Counted from the first letter of the stretch, positions 11,231 through 23,146 are shown. The stretch: 64,000 nt of DNA from Octopus vulgaris (GCA_951406725.2 OX597833.1:28768001-28832000); one strand, 5' to 3'. Numbers and translations are program-made. The notes: generated by a model from the letters alone, not told the origin.

Positions 11231-13300
11231 ATATGAATAAATGAAAGAATGGAGTCGAACGAAGATGTTAACAAAATTCCTTTACTCTCGATACATGTTT
11301 CGAAGACAGCATATTTTCATTCCGAAGGAATAAAGGGTGCATTATGCAATCTTCTCATCAGGAAAGAAAAGGAGCCTCTCTCAACAACAAGACAAACAAA
11401 AATTTCGATGATTGCCTACATGGCAACCAAAGCGATAATGAGTGTTTTTTTAAATCCGTTATAAGCATTGACGTCAAAAATAGATAGTAGGAGGAAGTAA
11501 AAATAGGTAGGGGACAGTATGTTTGCTGTATGTATGGAAATGTGTGGGTGTGTGCTTGTGTTAATGAGTGCGTGTGTTTATGTGTGTGTGTATATAACTG
11601 CATTTGTGTCTGTGTGTGTGAGTGTGTGTGTGTGAGAGTGAGACAGACGTCAAAGATAGGTAGTAGTAAGGGAAGATATAAAGGAGTAATAGGTAGGGAA
11701 GGGGAAGTGTACGTTGATTGAAAGAATGTTCGGAGGCTTAGGGAAGAATTTCTCTATAGCAGTGGTGTGGACGTGAAGCTAATTGTTAAAACCACAGTGA
11801 CTATCGTTATAAGGGAAGGTTCGATTTAATTTGTTTTCCGAAAGGTATTACAAACCAGATACAGTTTTTTGTGGACTTTGAATTGTTCTTAGTGTTATTT
11901 GTGATAGTAAGGGGAAAATTTCTGTGTTGGAAATTTGGGGTTGCATAGCGCTTACTTCCCCTTGTCCGTAAAGAATTTATTTTATGTACAGGGGTGCTGG
12001 CACTATTAGAATTGAAATCATTATTCCTATTACGAGTAACTTTACTATCTTGAGAAGCAGATGTTGGTTTAGAATAAGCTGGGTCGATGTATGACACTTT
12101 TTCCTTATAACCGGCTCTTGACAAAGCGGCGTTATAGAATTCTGATTTTTGGTTAAAGATGTCGACATTAGCAGATAATTTGGACAGTCTCAGTGATATG
12201 TTTTTAACTAAATTATCGGTAATTGGCTTGGCATGGTTACTAAAAATGCTGATATACTTAAGATTAGTGGAAGGTTTATGATAAGGGAAGTATGAGTTAT
12301 TCTGCAGATTGAGGGTAATGTCCAAGAAGTTGGCTTTAGTTAATTCATCGTCAAAAACTATGCGCCAGCCCATTCTACTAAAAAACCTAACTAATCTGTT
12401 CTTAACCTTCTGTATTTTTTGGTTCGAAGCGTTTTGGAGGTAAAGCAGACAATCGTCGTGATAAAGACCTCCACAGATGTCCGGTAATTGGTCGGCCATT
12501 TCATAAAGAATATAAATTCCGACCAAATCGGCTATCTAGGCGCTGTCTGTACTTCCCATTAGTACATCAAACGCATTAGGGGTATCTCTACGGACCCACA
12601 ACTTGCTATCGAACTATATGAAAGATTTCCTAGCTGTCAATATCACACTAATTTCCTCCCTGGAGAGGCCTGTCTTATTGTGTGCGTGCCGTAGGGCCTT
12701 ATTATGTACAATAGGGTTGATTGAAGGATAGAAACTAGATATATCGAATTGTATAAATTTAGTGTTGGCCCCATCAGTAATAGAAGTAAACCAATCTACG
12801 ACTTGAACAAAATTGGACCATAAGCTAAGTTTTAATTTATTAATTAATATAGGGATATACTTATCTAATATGTATTTACTAAGGGTACCAATGTCTGAAC
12901 TGGAAGGGCATATGAGCCGCAATGCTGGGTTGGTATGAAAGTTCTGTTTGTGGTCCTTTAAGATGAATCTGGGTTGTCTGGGGTTCAATGGTTGCGTCTT
13001 CATCTGTAATCCGTAAGTCTCCATAATCTTCTTAGTTTCTAAGTTGGCCTGCCTGAGCGTATTCCTACTGGTGGTCCTGTAATTCTTATGTATCTCCCTT
13101 TTGAGCAGTTCTAAATAATGGCTCTTGGTAAGCTTATATGTGTTGCCGGTTTTATCCGATTGGACCAGGATGGAGTCTAATCTGTTTATATCTCTAGAGA
13201 CTTTATCGAGGTATCTGAGGTGTTTATTCCTGGGAGGGGACTTATGAAATTTAATATTCCTTACGATGTCCCAAAGATCATCTTCGAATTTCTTCAATCT
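11231..13300 (-). mobile_element. Naiad-type Penelope-like element, left copy: RT region fused directly to 3' UTR (endonuclease deleted)
   Basis: ORFs 12614-13297 and 11807-12526 give LRLICPSSSDIG, FIQFDISSFYPSI, FDVLMGSTDSA*IADLVG, GLYHDDCL, NFLDITLNL, PYHKP..SNH and WFVIPF. Segment 11231-11810 is the reverse complement of 14895-15484. Confidence 0.9.
11280..11371 (-). ncRNA. Type-I hammerhead ribozyme in the PLE 3' region, left copy
   Basis: Reverse complement reads CTTTTCTTTC-CTGATGA-GAAGATTGCAT...ATGCTGTCTTC-GAAA-CATGT-ATC-GAGAGTAAAG. The G16.2-to-A change breaks stem III. Confidence 0.7.
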
Positions 13301-15477
13301 AGATAGCTGATTTGGTCGGAATTTATATTCTTTATGAAATGGCCGACCAATTCCCGGACATCTGTGGAGGTCTTTATCACGACGATTGTCTGCTTTACCT
13401 CCAAAACGCTTCGAACCAAAGAATATAGAAGGTTAAGAACAGATTAGTTAGGTTTTTTAGTAGAATGGGCTTGCGCATAGTTTTTGACGATGAATTAACT
13501 AAAGCCAACTTCTTGGACATTACCATCAATCTGCAGAATAACTCATACTTCCCTTATCATAAACCTTCCACTAATCTTAAGTATATCAGCATTTTCAGTA
13601 ATCATGCCAAGCCAATTACCGATAATTTAGTTAAAAACATATCTGAGACTGTCCAAATTATCTGCTAATGTCGACATCTTTAACCAAAAATCAGAATTCT
13701 ATAACGCCGCTTTGTCAAGAGTCGGTTATAAGGAAAAAGTGTCATACATCGACCCAGCTCATTCTAAACCAGCATCTGCTTCTCAAGATAGTAAAGTTAC
13801 TCGTAATAGGAATAATGATTTCAATTCTAATAGTGCCAGCACCCCTGTACATAAAATAAATTCTTTACGGACAAGGGGAAGTAAGCGCTATGCAACCCCA
13901 AATTTCCAACACAGAAATTTTCCCCTTACTATCACAAATAACACTAAGAACAATTCAAAGTCCACAAAAAACTGTATCTGGTTTGTAATACCTTTCGGAA
14001 AAAAATTAAATCGAACCTTCCCTTACAGTTCCGTGAAGCCGTTGCTAGGAACTTTCCCAGAAATTCTAGATATCATTCCATTATCAATTCCCGCAAAGTC
14101 AGAATCGCTTTCTCTAACACTAGGAATCTTTCACAAATTATATCTTCCCACAATACCAAGCTGCTAAACAAAGATTCTTCACCCGGCAGTTCCAACACTA
14201 ATCTTACCAATTCCAACCCATCATACAATCATAATAATAGAAATAGTATTAACAGTACCAGCATTGGTAGCAGCGATAGTGTTAACAATAATAATATTAA
14301 TAATAGTATTAGTCGGGTTAATAACATTGGTAGTGTTGATGGTAACAACAATAACGGTATTATTGTCGGTGATATTGCTGGTTGTAGTACAATTAATAAT
14401 ACTAATAATAATAGAAATAGTGTAGTTGTTAGCCCTAGTATTAATAAAAACAACAATCAAAACAATAAAAACTTCGTCTCGATCTCGGAGGACAACCCTA
14501 ACAGAATAAAATTTTTGTCTAGTAATTCCAAAATTAAGAATTCCATTTACCAGTGTAGAATTTCTTCCGGTACCGATGTTTTCTTCTATATAGGAGCGTC
14601 CACTTCTCAGTTATCCAAGAGAATTTCTAACCACTATTCGACATTCAGAGATAGGAAAAAACGACATAGTTTAGGGCTAAGTAAATTAGTTTGGCGTCTT
14701 AAAGACAACAATATAACTTTCAAATTGGATTGGTTCATATTGTCTGTATCCTTTCCTTTTGATAAGGGCAGGAGATTTTGTAACTCTGAGCTCTTCCATA
14801 TTCTTTTCGCTGAGGTTCCCCTAGTAAACACACTCATAGAAAAATCGTACAAATGTAAACATTGACAGAAACACACTTTCTACTCATATAAATGATAACG
14901 ATAGTCACTGTGGTTTTAACAATTAGCTTCACGTCCACACCACTGCTATAGAGAAATTCTTCCCTAAGCCTCCGAACATTCTTTCAATCAACGTACACTT
15001 CCCCTTCCCTATCTATTACTCCTTTATAGCTTCCCTTACTACTACCTATCTTTGACGTCTGTCTCACTCTCACACACACAATCACACACACAGACACAAA
15101 TGCAGTTATATACACACATACACACACACATAAACACACGCACTCATTAACACAAGCACACACCCACACATTTCCATACATACAGCAAACATACTGTCCC
15201 CTACCTATTTTTACTTCTTCCTACTATCTATTTTTGACGTCAATGCTTATAACGGATTTAAAAAAAACAACACTCATTATCGCTTTGGTTGCCATGTAGG
15301 CAATCATCGAAATTTTTGTTTGTCTTGTTGTTGAGAGAGGCTCCTTTTCTTTCCTGATGAGAAGATTGCATAATGCACCCTTTATTCCTTCGGAATGAAA
15401 ATATGCTGTCTTCGAAACATGTGTCGAGAGTAAAAGAATTTTGTTAACATCTTCGTTCGACTCCATTCTTTCATTTA

Positions 15478-15484
<7 letters not shown>
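13299..15484 (+). mobile_element. Naiad-type Penelope-like element, right copy: RT C-half, Asn-rich linker, GIY-YIG endonuclease, 3' UTR
   Basis: 13299-14025 duplicates the left copy in inverted orientation. It continues RNFPRNSRYHSIINSRKVRIAFS..HNTKLL and SIYQCR...FFYIGAST...KRISNHYSTF...LSKLVWRLK...KCKH. The element ends in (TA)n. Confidence 0.9.
15344..15436 (+). ncRNA. Type-I hammerhead ribozyme in the PLE 3' region, right copy
   Basis: Stem I CTTTTCTTTC/GAGAG(T)AAAAG, CTGATGA 15354-15360, long stem II with inner hairpin ATTCC-TTC-GGAAT, GAAA 15414-15417, C-ATGT-GTC. Predicted cut after 15425. Confidence 0.8.
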
Positions 15485-15534
<50 letters not shown>

Positions 15535-15537
<3 letters not shown>

Positions 15538-15695
15538 GACGGGCTTCTTTCAGTTTCCATCTACCAAATCCATTCACAAGACTTTGGTCAGCCAAGACTA
15601 TAATAGGAGATTCTTGCTCGAGGTCCACGCGGTGGAACTGTACCCGAAACCATGTGGTTGGGAAGCAGACTTCTTACTACACAGCCACGCCTGCA
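15535..15695 (-). mobile_element. SINE family A, 5' half
   Basis: Reverse complement of the 3681-3845 head. Confidence 0.8.
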
Positions 15696-16088
15696 TCTGT
15701 TGAATTAAATTAGTTTTTGTGTCATAAATGTTGCTGAGGTAAAAATAAGTGAAATAAACAAATGAAATTCGTCACCTGGCGGAGTGGCTGAAACTAGGTT
15801 TGTATTGATACAAGTTGAAACCATGTAGACAGCGATCAATTCTGTCGATTGTTTGCTTAAGCCGAGTGTTTGTTATAAAGAGAGTAAGAGCACATTTGGC
15901 GGGGTTCTACTGAAAAAGTCATGACTAGACAGCGTGCTCCTGCTGTCTTCTGCTGAAAAAAACAGGTGAGAACTTGGAGTTCCACTTAATATAGCCACTA
16001 TGGCCTATGCCTTGTTGCGAGATAAACATTTAGTTTAAATAAACGACACCAACTCCCTCACTCACTCAAGCAACACACACACACACAT

Positions 16089-16176
<88 letters not shown>

Positions 16177-16574
16177 TTGCACGCATGCATATGATGTTTT
16201 ATATGTTTTAGTAAAGACGAAATTTTTGTGGACTATATGTATTTTTGTATTTTATAATATGCTATCTGATTGAGACGATGGACACCATTAATTAGCTTAT
16301 ATTCTTGTTTTTTTCTTCTTTTGACAGAATACATCTACGATCTGCAGCAATTGTCCAGGGAAGACTAAGGACAGCAAATGTGAGCAGAAACGAATCCAAA
16401 AACCTAATCTCCGGTGATATTGCAGAGATAATAAAAATATTAATATTAATAATTGTTATTTATTAATTGGCTTCGTTCATTGGACTGTGGCCATCCTGCA
16501 ACGCGGTTTCCAGTAGTTTCAGTTAGTTTTATCAACTACCGTACTTATTGCACACTATTATTTACTTCGCTAAA

Positions 16575-16790
16575 TGCGGCAAGCTAGCAGAATTGTTAGC
16601 ACGCTGGACAAAGTGCTTAGCGTTATTTCGCCTGCTTCTACGTTCTGAGTTCAAATTCCGCCGAGGTTAACTTTGCCTTTCCACCTTTCGATGTTGATAA
16701 AATAAGTTTCAGTGAAACACTGGGGTCGATTGTAATCGACTAGTCCCCTCCCCTAAAATTTCAGGCCTCGTGCCTTTAGTAGAAAGGATT
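16575..16790 (+). mobile_element. SINE family B copy
   Basis: GCGGCAAGCTAGCAGAATTGTTAGC...GAGTTCAAATTCCGCCGAGG...TTTGCCTTTC. Several homologues in the window. Confidence 0.8.
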
Positions 16791-17399
16791 ATTTACTGAT
16801 GTATAGCTGTCAAGACGCTAAGTTAACTTTTGATGCAACAACGGTATTTTAATTAGTGGTGTTGTGTCATGAACATATACACAGAAGCGCATACGCTCGC
16901 ATGTATGTGTGTGTGTGGGTATAGATGTGTGTGTGTAGCACAAGGTTGTTCACCAGATCACCAGAACTGATGAGCTAGCTTTCTTTATCTACATTGATTT
17001 GTAAATATACAATTGCATTATATAATGTGTAGCACGCCTATTAGCGCACTGATGTAAAATAATTTATTGTACGCTTATTACTTTGTGACGAAGGCTACGA
17101 AACGGCTGTAACACTAAGGAAGACAAGTAGTTTGATGAATATATTCACCACTCATATCCCCTGACTTTTTACGAAATAATTTTATTAACAGGATCTCCTG
17201 GGTTTCCGCTGCATAGAACTCTGAATTATACTCCTCCATATGAATTTACTATGTGGTCTGCTAGCCGGGTCCGCCTGAGGAGCTTTTCGTGATAGTCACT
17301 TGATTCTATGAATCTATATATTACTCCACAAAGATATAAACGTCAGTGTATATACTCGTATGCATTTAGGACTTTTAGGAAAACACAAGTATCTTTCAT

Positions 17400-17735
17400 T
17401 TTTTCCTTGTTTCAGTTATTAACTACGGTCATGCTGGGGCACCGCCTTGAATTTTTATTCGAATGAATCGAGCCCAGTACTTATTTAATTTTTTTTTGTT
17501 AAGCCTTGTAATTATCGGTTCTATTTGTCGAACCGCTAATTTGCGGGGACGTAAGCACACCAACACTGGTTGTTAAGCGATGGTGGGGGACAAACGCAGA
17601 CACAAAGACGCGCGCGCACACACACACACGCCAGGCTTCTCTCAGTTTCCGTCAACCAAATTCACTAGCCGGCTCGGGGCATTAGTAGAAGACACTTGCC
17701 CAAGGTGCCACACAGTGGGACAGCCACGCCTGAGC
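17400..17735 (-). mobile_element. SINE family A, diverged and internally deleted copy
   Basis: Reverse complement matches both halves of 3681-4147. Confidence 0.75.
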
Positions 17736-18179
17736 CTTAAAACAGAAACAGATTCGATAACGTACATTTATTAACACAGATGCTTTTATTTTAGTAATAA
17801 TAAACATACAACTTTCAAACTAGTCCCTACAATTGTGAGAATAGGAATATGTTTTTCTCTATTCTTATAGTAACAACTTTGAGGCTTTTTAGTCTCACAG
17901 TCTGTCTTACTTCATACTACGCATGCACAAAAATCTAGCCTTACTAGATTCTGAAGTCGAATTTCGACCAAAATATATGACCTATCGTCCTTATAAACAT
18001 GCTCTAATTAGTCATATATATTCTCGTATCCGGCAAATATAAATTTCCAACCAATCTGAATTTTCCCCTCAACTTGCTTATCTTGTATTATAAATAAAAC
18101 AAATTTATAGTGCTCTATGTTTTATTAACCTCGCTAAGCAACAGATCATAGATTTTTGCCGTTAAATATTTAGTGATAT

Positions 18180-18360
18180 AGGTGCAAGTGTGACTGTGCG
18201 GTAAGAAGCTTGCTTCCCAACCACATGGTTCCATGTTCAGTACCACTGCGTGGCTGGCACCTTGGGAGTGGATTTGTAAAGACGGCACTTGTGAGTGGAT
18301 TTGTAAAGACGGCACTTGTGAGTGGATTTGTAAAGAGGGAAACTGAAAGAAATCCCCCAC
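18180..18360 (+). mobile_element. SINE family A 5' half with an internal 27-bp tandem triplication
   Basis: SINE head followed by GAGTGGATTTGTAAAGACGGCACTTGT twice plus a partial third copy. Confidence 0.8.
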
Positions 18361-18423
18361 GTAAATATGAATATCATTACTACGTCATGTTGCAAGACAA
18401 AACTTGCACCGACCATCAATATA

Positions 18424-18809
18424 CTAGCAGTATCGCCCGGTGTTGCTCGGGTTTGTTTCGACCCGCTGGAATTGGAATTTTTGAAAAGTAAAAATTTTAC
18501 ATTATGTAGCTTGTTATTCTCTTCAAGTGAACATTTTTGTGGTTGAAATACACCGAAAAGTGGCAACACAGCAGTGAAAAAATCGTAAAAAATCGGGATT
18601 TTCATAGAAAAAAGCACCTTTTTGATGTAAATAATTTTTGGTGTTAACATGGTCCGATTTGAATTTTATCTTCTACGGAAGGAAGAGCAACCCTTCTATC
18701 ATACTCTCAATTTTGGTCAACTTGTGCCGCAGGGTCTTGGAGGAGATAGTGTTAGTTGAAGGCTACCAAACCTGGTGCACACAGACAACTTCAGCTTTAT
18801 ATATAGAGA
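18424..18809 (-). mobile_element. Non-autonomous Helitron
   Basis: Minus strand begins TCTCTATATATAAAG and ends with hairpin CCCGAGCAACACCGGG plus CTAG. Inserted between A and T with no TSD. Confidence 0.8.
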
Positions 18810-18825
18810 TAACACACACACATTA

Positions 18826-18879
<54 letters not shown>

Positions 18880-18961
18880 ATGTATGTATGGATGGATGGA
18901 TGTATATATATATATATGTACATCTGTCCACTTCTTGCCATATTTTTATCCTTCACTTCCT

Positions 18962-18992
<31 letters not shown>

Positions 18993-19020
18993 TACACAGA
19001 CACAGACACACACACACACA

Positions 19021-19059
<39 letters not shown>

Positions 19060-19598
19060 TCTTAGCTTACAATTTTCTTTCAACAATTGACAACTGAAGT
19101 ACGCTCGCAAATTAATACTACGAAAACTTAGCGACAGAAAGTAAATTAAAAACCAATTTACCTTTTCTGTTGAGTTATCATTCTAATTCGACCGTCTGAT
19201 TTCCTTAAATCCGTCTCTTTTCTTCAACTGAACTTACTTCCTATCGTTTCTTAAAGTCCTTTGTGAAATCTAGGAGTGTTTTTTTTTTGTTATTTCTCGA
19301 GAAAGTTTTGTTTCCTGGACACTAAAAACTAACGGGAAGTAGACAACAGTCCCAGTACAATTGGTGTAATAGTGTAACTCATAATGTGAGCGGCTAGCAT
19401 CTACTCACCATATATCAGTGAATTGTTGCTGTATGTTTGCAAATGTGTTCGAATGAGAAAGTGAATTGTGTTTGGTGCCATTTTTACTAATAACACACAC
19501 ACACACGTGTGTGTGTGTTTGAGTGTTTGTATGTAGTTGTTTGAAATGTTTGTGTTTGTCACAATCATATATGTATATGTTTGCGTGTCTATGTGTGT

Positions 19599-20135
19599 AA
19601 AGAGAAAGTAGGAGAAAGTGTGGTAATAGGCGGAGTAAAGCCTTTGAAGTGAGAGAGGGAAATCGTAAAATATTGAGTTTTCTCGAATTTTTGCTTAATT
19701 GGGGGTCAAATTGAAAGAAAGTTATATGCCATGACTGAATGGAATGTACTTCGAAAAATCATAGGTAAATTCCAATTGAAGAAATTGTGTGAGGAGTAAA
19801 TCGTTATGTATTTATTTGTTTCTGTTTGCTCTGTATTTTTTTTTGAGTAGTGGTTTAAGGTACACTTGCAAAGAGAAAGTAGGAGAAAGTGTGGTAATAG
19901 AAGGAGTGAAGCAGTTGAAATTAGAGAGGCAAATCGTTACACTTGCAAAGAGAAAGTAGGAGAAAGTGTGGTAATAGAAGGAGTGAAGCAGTTGAAATTA
20001 GAGAGGCAAATCGTAAAATATTTAGTTTTCTCGAATTTTTGCTTAATTGGGGGTCAAATTGAAAAAAACTTTATATACCATGACCCAATCGAATCTACTT
20101 CGAAAAATCATAGGTAAATTCCAATTGAAGAAATT
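19599..20135 (+). repeat. Local tandem duplication (19599-19785 vs 19947-20135, extra partial unit at 19868)
   Basis: AAAGAGAAAGTAGGAGAAAGTGTGGTAATAG occurs three times. Confidence 0.85.
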
Positions 20136-20501
20136 CTATATTGTAGAATTGTATTAAAAACAAACATGGTAACAGGCAGAGAAAATCTGCCTTTTATCAT
20201 AAGAGGTTTAGTTACAATAAATAGACTATGTTCTAACTCGGTACTGAGTCCTTTAAGCTACTTTTTTTTATTCCAATCAACGGAAATTGCTTTAAACACC
20301 AAGGACTTCCAAATATTGTATTCAAATTTTTAATTACAAGGTATTTCTTCACAAATTCTCTAGTATTTAAATATGTCTGTGTGTGCGCGCGTGGGCATCC
20401 GCAAATGTTTGCGTATACGTCGTTGCAAACATTTATGGAATGCTAAGTGGAATTTTTCACTCTGAATATTTGTTTGTGCACATTATCTCGAATCTCAATG
20501 A

Positions 20502-20532
<31 letters not shown>

Positions 20533-20595
20533 TGTATTATGTATGTATGTATGTATCTATCTATCTATCTATCTAGCTAGCTAGCTAGCTAGCTG

Positions 20596-20642
<47 letters not shown>

Positions 20643-20649
<7 letters not shown>

Positions 20650-20716
20650 AAAGTAAAAAGAAAAAGAGAAAATGCACACTGGATATAAAAAAATAAGGCT
20701 TTTTTATGAAAAGTAA

Positions 20717-20755
<39 letters not shown>

Positions 20756-21063
20756 TAGATGAACTGAGGTAGAATTAAGAGGTATAAAAGTCATTATTAT
20801 GAATTGTTAAAGAAGATTCAGAGTCAAACCGGTATCGTCAAAAACTGTTCACTGACTTTGAACAGCGAACAGCTTTTGACGATACCGGTATGACTCTGAA
20901 TCTTCTTTAACAATGCATAGTAATGGCTTTTATACCTCTTGATTCTACCTCTGTTCATCTAATTGTATATATATATATAGATCGTTACTTTTCATAAAAA
21001 AGCCATTATTTTTTTTATATCCAATGTGCATTTTCTCTTTTTTTCTTTTCACTTTTCCCCCTA
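20643..21063. repeat. Large hairpin: ~200-bp arms with a 16-nt spacer (20851-20866), in (TA)n context
   Basis: 20643-20850 is a close reverse complement of 20867-21063. Confidence 0.92.
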
Positions 21064-21113
21064 TTTATACCACGTGTAGTTTCTTTTCTCTTTGAAATCT
21101 ATAAATATATTTC

Positions 21114-21154
<41 letters not shown>

Positions 21155-21331
21155 GGGCTTAGTAAAATAAATTACTTTGCCACATACTGAACTTAGTAGA
21201 AATAGCAGCCAAAAAAAATTTTCTTAGCATTTCTACTACTTAAAGAAAATTTCTCTCAGATAATGTTTACTCCAGACAGCTCACGAAGGTTTGGGGGTAA
21301 ATACAGAAAAATATCACAAGTACATAGATCG

Positions 21332-21394
21332 TTTGAGTACGTCAACGTTTCAAGATTAGCCAAATAAAATCAGCATTTCTTTCGTCAGCTCAAA
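21332..21394 (-). ncRNA. Type-I hammerhead ribozyme with intact core
   Basis: Reverse complement reads TTTGAG-CTGACGA-AAGA..GCTGA TTTTAT TTGGC..TCTT-GAAA-CG TTGA CG-TA-CTCAAA. Stem I is a perfect 6 bp and the cleavage triplet is GUA. Confidence 0.85.
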
Positions 21395-21702
21395 ATTTCT
21401 TAATTTGGATTTGGAAACACTAAAAAGAAGGAACTTTACCTATCAGCGGACTTGTCGCTTCAGATGAACCACTCCAACTAACAGTGTCAACAAATTCAAA
21501 ATGCGCAGGCCTAAAATTCTGCACTCCCCATTCCACCCACGTGGTCTATCTAGCAAACATTATATTTTAACCGCGAGAACCGAGGCAGTATGACCGAGAG
21601 AAATGAATTATAATATCATACCCTCAAATATAATAATTTTACCCTCAATTGTTGATATATATATATATATATATATGTGTATATATATATATATATATAT
21701 AA

Positions 21703-22672
21703 TGTTACGGACCACCTGCCGTCGCTCGGTCGAACGGAGAATTCGCCACACAGAGAGGACTCGGTGGGGGAATGGCAGCGACGAACTCGAACCGGCGACC
21801 GGAGAGAACGACGACAACAAACAGTAGGAAGAGATACAGAGATACGGCGGAAGGCAATTGGCTACATTTAACAACTAGTTTATGACAATCATTACAACAT
21901 CAAATACATTTAAAGATACATCAGATATATCAAAGAAGGAAACAACAGATCAAAGCATTTAAACAGTATGCAGATGCAATATACAGTTCAGAGACAATAG
22001 TTCGAATCCAATTAAAACAACGATACAGTTCATAGACAAATAAGTTCAGATCACATTAAAGTCCTTCTCTTTTTCTTTAGCACTTATCAATACATTTCAA
22101 CAACTCTTTTTTTCTTTCCTTAATTCACAATGTCTTTTTACTGTCTCATTTCTTTTCCAGCCTTTAGCACTGTTCTTTATAACATATCAACAAGTCCTTT
22201 ACTCAATTCACATTGTTCAATTCTTTTACATAAGTAACACAACTCAATAATCAACACATACCGTACAACAGCCAATGCCTCACACCGTAGTCCATCTCTA
22301 TTAGCTGTTTAATCCTATGTGTATGCCTTCCTCAGCCCCTCATCCTCTCACTGTCTGCCTGTCGCTCTCAACGCTGTCCTGTCACTATCTCGCCTGTCAT
22401 CTCTCATGACTGTGTGTCTGTCTTTCTCTGCGCTTCCTTCGTAATCCTTTTGCTGTCTCTGGCAGAACTACCTGTTGCCAACTCACTCTGTTCCCGACTA
22501 CCTAACAGACTCACATCTCTTTGCTTTTTAAGGGGTTTCCTCGAACTTTCCATGACCGGCACAAATGGAGGGGTCCTTCCAAAAGCCATCACTCTTTCGT
22601 GAATCTGACAGAACAATGGGTTTATTCCAAAAGTAGGTCGCAACCAACTGTCCTTAAATTGAACTCACAACA
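21703..22672. mobile_element. Possible solo LTR
   Basis: Starts TGTT after (TA)n, ends AACA, non-coding. No exact TSD found. Confidence 0.35.
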
Positions 22673-22679
22673 ATATCAA

Positions 22680-22987
22680 ATACAAAATGGGACAAGAACG
22701 CAAAACATCCAGACAGTTAGGTGATACAAAAAGGGACAAAACATCCAGATAGACGATACAAAGAGAACAAGGACGGGTCATTCGAAGATTTTCGCAATTT
22801 CGGCTTATTATTCTTGAGATTGCTCCAATCTGGCCAGCTCCAAGGAAGAACTAAGCTAAGAGCATTAGATTCCTTGGAAGAAAGCAGCGAATGTATACAA
22901 AAAACAAGGACGGAAAAAACAGACAAAGTTACACATATAAATACAATAATAAATACATATACAATAATAACAGGACATAACAACAGG

Positions 22988-22990
<3 letters not shown>
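22680..22990. mobile_element. Dispersed repeat, probably a PLE-derived terminal fragment
   Basis: Homologous to 55216-55500 (GGGACAAGAACGCAAAACAT..., TTAGATTCCTTGGAAGAAAG). Confidence 0.6.
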
Positions 22991-23066
<76 letters not shown>

Positions 23067-23083
23067 GTCTGTCTGTCTGACTG

Positions 23084-23146
<63 letters not shown>

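Noticed and set aside
14863-14898. In-frame TGA near the Naiad C-terminus (KCKH*QKHTFYSYK) as selenocysteine, since some Naiads encode selenoproteins
   Set aside because: It falls after the terminal CxH motif, not at a Cys position, and fits CGA-to-TGA decay. No SECIS was recognised by eye. A SECISearch run would settle it.
18266-18336. CRISPR-like repeat array
   Set aside because: Head-to-tail 27-bp duplication without spacers inside a SINE, in eukaryotic context.
19725-19768. CTGAATG...TTCGAAAAATC hammerhead-like string
   Set aside because: The core is not CUGANGA and is absent from the duplicate at about 20080.
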